Source: a virus | IMG/VR virus record: IMGVR_UViG_3300029342_000002 | Strand: one strand, 5' to 3' | DNA length: 64,000 nucleotides | Shown here: positions 60,388 to 64,000 of the stretch, piece by piece | How positions within the stretch are numbered: position 1 is the stretch's first letter | Layout: every line of letters begins with the position of its first letter | Notes under the pieces: model-generated | The model's database searches: none | Seen by the model: only the letters and a program-made list of their open reading frames with translations | Told to the model about the DNA's origin: nothing | Made by a program: the position numbers and the translations under genes

Positions 60388-60420
60388 GTGGGCGGAGCCT
60401 TCCACCCTGTGTGGGCGGAG

Positions 60421-60454
60421 CCAAAAAAAGGTAGCCACTTTTGGCGTGGCTACC
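60421..60454 (-). terminator. rho-independent terminator
   Basis: Minus strand GGTAGCCAC-gccaaaa-GTGGCTACC followed by T7, 24 nt after the stop of the 60478 gene. Confidence 0.75.
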
Positions 60455-60477
60455 TTTTAGATTGATGTAATGTTTTG

Positions 60478-61044
60478 TTACTTGCTTTCTTTCAACTCGG
60501 CTTCGAGTCGCTCAACTTCCGCCATAGCGGCGGCGGCGGCGGCTCGTTTGGCGGCTAATCTTTCCTCAGCAGAACGACGGGCGGCCTTTTGCGTGTCCGC
60601 CTGTTCTTTCGTTTTCTGATAGTCTTCTATCATGTCCGCCATAAGACTCGCAATTTTTGCGACTGACGAAACGTCCGCACAGCCTTCTTTTAGGGCGGCT
60701 AATTTGCCGTTATCCTGTGCCCACTTTACAAAGTTCTTGGAAAGTCCACGCATGTGGGCTACATTTTGTGCTGCAAAATCAATAGCGGGGTTAGCATACT
60801 TTGTAAAAGTTTCGCCACTCTGCCAAAGTACGTAACAAACGGCCTTGTCAAAGGCCTTTTTTGCGTCCTGTGCCTTTTCATACAGGGAATGAAGCGAATC
60901 GAAGGAGGGTTTTCGTTTGTCGTCGTCCTTTGCTGACTCTGCTATGACTAGGAGGCGGAGTTCATTACATACATCTGCGTTAGATGTCACAACCTCGCTC
61001 TCCTTGAGTACGTCTTGTACTTCTTTAACTGAATACTTAATCAT
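60478..61044 (-). CDS. hypothetical protein with Ala-rich coiled-coil tail
   Basis: 188-aa ORF followed by a clean terminator. Confidence 0.6.
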   Translation of the reverse strand: MIKYSVKEVQDVLKESEVVTSNADVCNELRLLVIAESAKDDDKRKPSFDSLHSLYEKAQDAKKAFDKAVCYVLWQSGETFTKYANPAIDFAAQNVAHMRGLSKNFVKWAQDNGKLAALKEGCADVSSVAKIASLMADMIEDYQKTKEQADTQKAARRSAEERLAAKRAAAAAAMAEVERLEAELKESK

Positions 61045-61293
61045 GTTGTCGTATTGTTATGTTATACCGCATTGTTTCCTGTGTGTGCGGTGCGGTGCGT
61101 GCCGTATACACACAGGGACGTGGCCACGGCACACATAGTGTGTGCCTAACTTTAGACCGCTGTCACCCTATAAAAAGCAAATATCATACCTATAAATATT
61201 GAATTAACATTTTTAACAATTAGCTAACTTGCTGATATATTGTAAGTTAGCAAGATTTTGATATGAATAAATATTCATCAAGTGTATAAAGAC

Positions 61294-61348
61294 TGACAAA
61301 GTGGCAAAATTAACTTAAAATACCTTAATTGTCAGTGACAAAGTGGCA
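61294..61348 (+). repeat. direct repeat TGACAAAGTGGCA x2 in an AT-rich divergent control region
   Basis: Copies at 61294-61306 and 61336-61348, 42 bp apart. The second is preceded by TGTCAG, the inverse of the CTGACA in the first. Confidence 0.55.
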
Positions 61349-62275
61349 GTTGTTAGAAAAGTTTAACTTTTGTGGAACATTTTGGTATGTATAAATATTC
61401 AGTCAGAGAAAATAATATAATGATATAATGTGTTGTAAATCAACGAGTTACAAAATATAATAATATGACGGAGTGTGAAACATTGAAATTATTACAAATT
61501 GGCGTTTTAACAAATATTATACCATATAATATGGACAAAAAGACCCCCCACACCCCCGGCAGCGGACGCCCAGCGCTTTGTAGTCACCTCACCTGAAAAT
61601 TTTTTCTTTTTTTTCTAACTTACTGACAACTAACACCTTATATTTGCCTTTTGGGTCTTTTAGTAGTGCATAAATAGTGAATATTAATACTGCGTGTTAA
61701 TTCGTTGTGAATGACTGTGAACGACTGTTAACTTGCATATATATACATATTGGGTTTTTGGGTTTTGGTTGGGGTCGTATGGTCGGGTGTCGGGAACATT
61801 GTTATGATGCGTTTTGTAATGATGCAGCTTATCTTGCATCGTATGGAGGGAATTATGCAGCAAATTATGTTGTTTTATCGGTATAGTGCAGTATTGAAGG
61901 ATTATTATTACGTATCTTTGTGTGTGCGTGTATGTAGGGTATAGGGATTTAAGCAGAATAGCTGCACCTACCCGACATATAGGGGGAAAAAGCTGCATCG
62001 GATGCTGCATAAGTCTTGTTGGGAACTGCATAGCTTGGAACGGCTTTGCGTGAACAATGTAAAAAGGCTTGCCAGTAGGTCTTATGACGTATGGTGATAG
62101 GTCTTATTGCGGGGACAAAGTTACCGATTTTTCTTTTGCTGTGCAATGGTCTTGCTGGATAGTCTGGTGTGGTTTGGATGTTAAAGTTTTTAACTTTTGC
62201 GTTTTGTGGCATGGCTGCTATGCGGTTGTGAAGAGATGGAGGAGATATGGGTACCGTTCAAAGAAAGGAGTAACA

Positions 62276-63067
62276 ATGATTAACAGAGAGGACATTAAGA
62301 AGGGCTTGAAGTTTAGGATGCCCAACGATGTAATCAGGAGGAAGTATCAAGTAGCGAGCTTTCGAGGTGCTACGGATATGTGTGAGTCTATCCAGTATCT
62401 GACAACGCTGAAAACTCCGCACGGAGACAAAAACTATGTGACACCCAAAGTGCCGCTTTTCGAGGTGTGCGTCGGTCCGAAACTGATAAGTTTCGCCGAT
62501 AAGAAAGACCCGTATTGCGCATGGGTCGGCGAGTACATCAAGGTGCGCAGCGATGCGCTCGGGAAGAAACCGCTCTACATATCCCTGTACGACGTGATGC
62601 AACACGGAAGACGTGCCATCGACGCTAATCTCTACCCTATTTTCAGTACGGAGAACCCGAAGAACAACTGGGCGTACAACACCTTTTTTGCCGGCAGTCG
62701 TAGCGGCTGTAAAAGATTCCGTCTGGAGTATTACGGATTTACCTCTGACCCAGTTGGCGTTCTTGCAAAGCCTTCCGCGTTTACTAAGCAGCCAACTGGA
62801 GATGCCGATGCCTTCCGCGACATTACCAACGGCATGTACGACACCTTCAAGGCTAAAAGTTCCGATTACGGCAATAGTTTCTCGGAATTGTTTGCGGAGT
62901 GCGGCATGACATACGCCTACGGACACATGGCAGAGAAGTTGAAGCGCGTGAAGTCACTGATGTCTGACGAGGCGAAGGTGAAGGGCGAGAGTATGAGAGA
63001 CTCATTGCTTGACCTCGCCAACTACGCGGTACTTACAATCATGGAACTTGACAAAACAAAGAAATAA
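62276..63067 (+). CDS. protein with C-terminal DUF1599-like (all-alpha NTP-pyrophosphohydrolase-like) domain
   Basis: ATG at 62276, preceded by AAAGGAG. The C-terminus KSSDYGNSF...AEKLKRVKSL...ESMRDSLLDLANYAVL matches my recollection of the DUF1599 pattern. Confidence 0.5.
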   Translation: MINREDIKKGLKFRMPNDVIRRKYQVASFRGATDMCESIQYLTTLKTPHGDKNYVTPKVPLFEVCVGPKLISFADKKDPYCAWVGEYIKVRSDALGKKPLYISLYDVMQHGRRAIDANLYPIFSTENPKNNWAYNTFFAGSRSGCKRFRLEYYGFTSDPVGVLAKPSAFTKQPTGDADAFRDITNGMYDTFKAKSSDYGNSFSELFAECGMTYAYGHMAEKLKRVKSLMSDEAKVKGESMRDSLLDLANYAVLTIMELDKTKK

Positions 63068-63089
63068 TTGCAACTTAAAATCTAATAAT

Positions 63090-63869
63090 ATGCAAGAGAT
63101 TGTATTTAGGAGTAGCGACAATCAGGCGCTGACAACGAGTGCGATTGTTGCGGAGAAGTTTGGCAAGGAGCATAAGCACGTCCTTGAAGCTATCAGAAGT
63201 ATTCTTTGTACGAGAGACGAAAATTCGGCTTTCGTTGATAGTCAGCAACTTGCGAAGATGTTTGCCCTTACTGAGGTGGAACAGCCGATGCCTGTTGGCG
63301 GCGGCGTGAAGAAAATCCCGGTGTATGTGATGAACAGGGATGGTTTTACTCTGTTGGCTATGGGCTTTACTGGAGCGAAGGCTTTGGCTTTCAAGCTGGA
63401 GTATATTAATGCCTTTAACGCCATGGAACAGCAGATACGTCAGAGCAGCGGAGTCCCTCAGTCGTTCGCTCAGGCTCTTATGCTTGCTGCCAAGCAGCAG
63501 GAGATGATAGAGGCTCAGCAGAAGCAGCTTGAGGTGCAGCAGCCTAAGGTGGAGTTCTTTAATGCTGTCGCTGAGAGCAAGACTGCGATTGAGATGAAGC
63601 TTATCGCGAACACTCTGCACTTCAAGAATGTCGGCAGGAACAAGCTGTTCTGCATCTTGCGTGAGCAGGGCATTCTCAACGGCGGCAACGTGCCTTACCA
63701 GAGATACATAGACTGCGGTTATTTCAGGACCATCGAGCAGAAGTATACGGTTCCGAGCGGCGAGACGAGGATCAACATCAAGACTCTCGTGTATCAGCGT
63801 GGCTTGGACTATATCCGCAAGATGCTGAAGCGGCTCGGATATGTGGAGGCTGAAGGTAGTTTATTTTAA
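63090..63869 (+). CDS. Rha-family regulator with KilAC/ANT antirepressor domain
   Basis: ATG at 63090. N-terminus LTTSAIVAEKFGKEHKHVLEAIRSI (Rha). C-terminus PKVEFFNAVAESKTAIEMKLIANTL...GRNKLFCILREQGIL (KilAC). Confidence 0.7.
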   Translation: MQEIVFRSSDNQALTTSAIVAEKFGKEHKHVLEAIRSILCTRDENSAFVDSQQLAKMFALTEVEQPMPVGGGVKKIPVYVMNRDGFTLLAMGFTGAKALAFKLEYINAFNAMEQQIRQSSGVPQSFAQALMLAAKQQEMIEAQQKQLEVQQPKVEFFNAVAESKTAIEMKLIANTLHFKNVGRNKLFCILREQGILNGGNVPYQRYIDCGYFRTIEQKYTVPSGETRINIKTLVYQRGLDYIRKMLKRLGYVEAEGSLF

Positions 63870-63891
63870 TCATTAATCAATTATAGAGAAT

Positions 63892-64000
63892 ATGAATACT
63901 AAGAACATTATCCTTGCATCGGCTTTGCTGGTGTTTGCCATCATCATCGGTACGTTGGTGGCGGGTTATTTCAGTTACAACAACCGCGAGATTTCGCTTC
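63892..64000 (+). CDS. membrane protein, 3'-partial at window end
   Basis: MNTKNIILASALLVFAIIIGTLVAGYFSYNNREISL.. runs off the window. Confidence 0.45.
   Translation, partial: MNTKNIILASALLVFAIIIGTLVAGYFSYNNREISL

Noticed and set aside
1-64000. Looking for a host-prophage boundary or host genes inside the window
   Set aside because: No housekeeping or clearly chromosomal gene was recognised on either side of the att/int region. Sequences on both sides look phage-like, so I cannot say whether this is an integrated prophage, tandem elements or a free genome containing attP.

Overview
The whole window looks like phage DNA. I recognise no host housekeeping gene, so it reads as at least 64 kb of one large temperate, siphovirus-like phage or prophage. 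The host is probably Bacteroidales-type: genes lack Shine-Dalgarno sites and have A-rich leaders, there are TAnnTTTG-like boxes, and there is a DUF3127-type SSB and a tRNA-Ser(GGA) att fragment.

Layout:
- 1-14.7 kb (+): late module with a 5'-partial tape measure, a ~1950-aa tail protein, two tail fibres, and a GH73 endolysin/holin/spanin-like lysis cassette.
- 14.9-18.2 kb (+): a six-gene accessory block bracketed by two paralogous membrane proteins.
- 18.2-38.9 kb (-): a long early operon. It holds a DUF4406 protein plus an RlmN/Cfr-like radical SAM enzyme, YopX, ASCH, a four-member paralog family, a (GYGD)n protein and a RecT/YqaJ/SSB module. A 1632-bp IS with a 9-bp target duplication interrupts it.
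- 38.9-43 kb: a Cro-like/CI-like switch, a tRNA-Ser 3' fragment (att core) and two tyrosine recombinases, one bracketed by 20-bp direct repeats.
- 44.4-59.7 kb (-): an array of about 27 small genes, each with the same leader (AACCAA..AGAATTATG) and a hairpin between genes.
- 62.3 kb onward (+): DUF1599-like and Rha/KilAC genes.

The most unusual feature sits in the 44.4-59.7 kb array. It is a stand-alone reverse transcriptase flanked on both sides by ORF-poor, hairpin-dense regions that share a repeated RNA-like module, with one more copy 2 kb away. Other notable items are several tRNA-like acceptor/T-arm minihelices that do not fold as canonical tRNAs, 10-bp phased GCCT repeat arrays at five intergenic loci, a stand-alone MutS domain-I protein, and a truncated HsdM-like protein.

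All functional calls come from motif recognition by eye. No database search or RNA folding was run.
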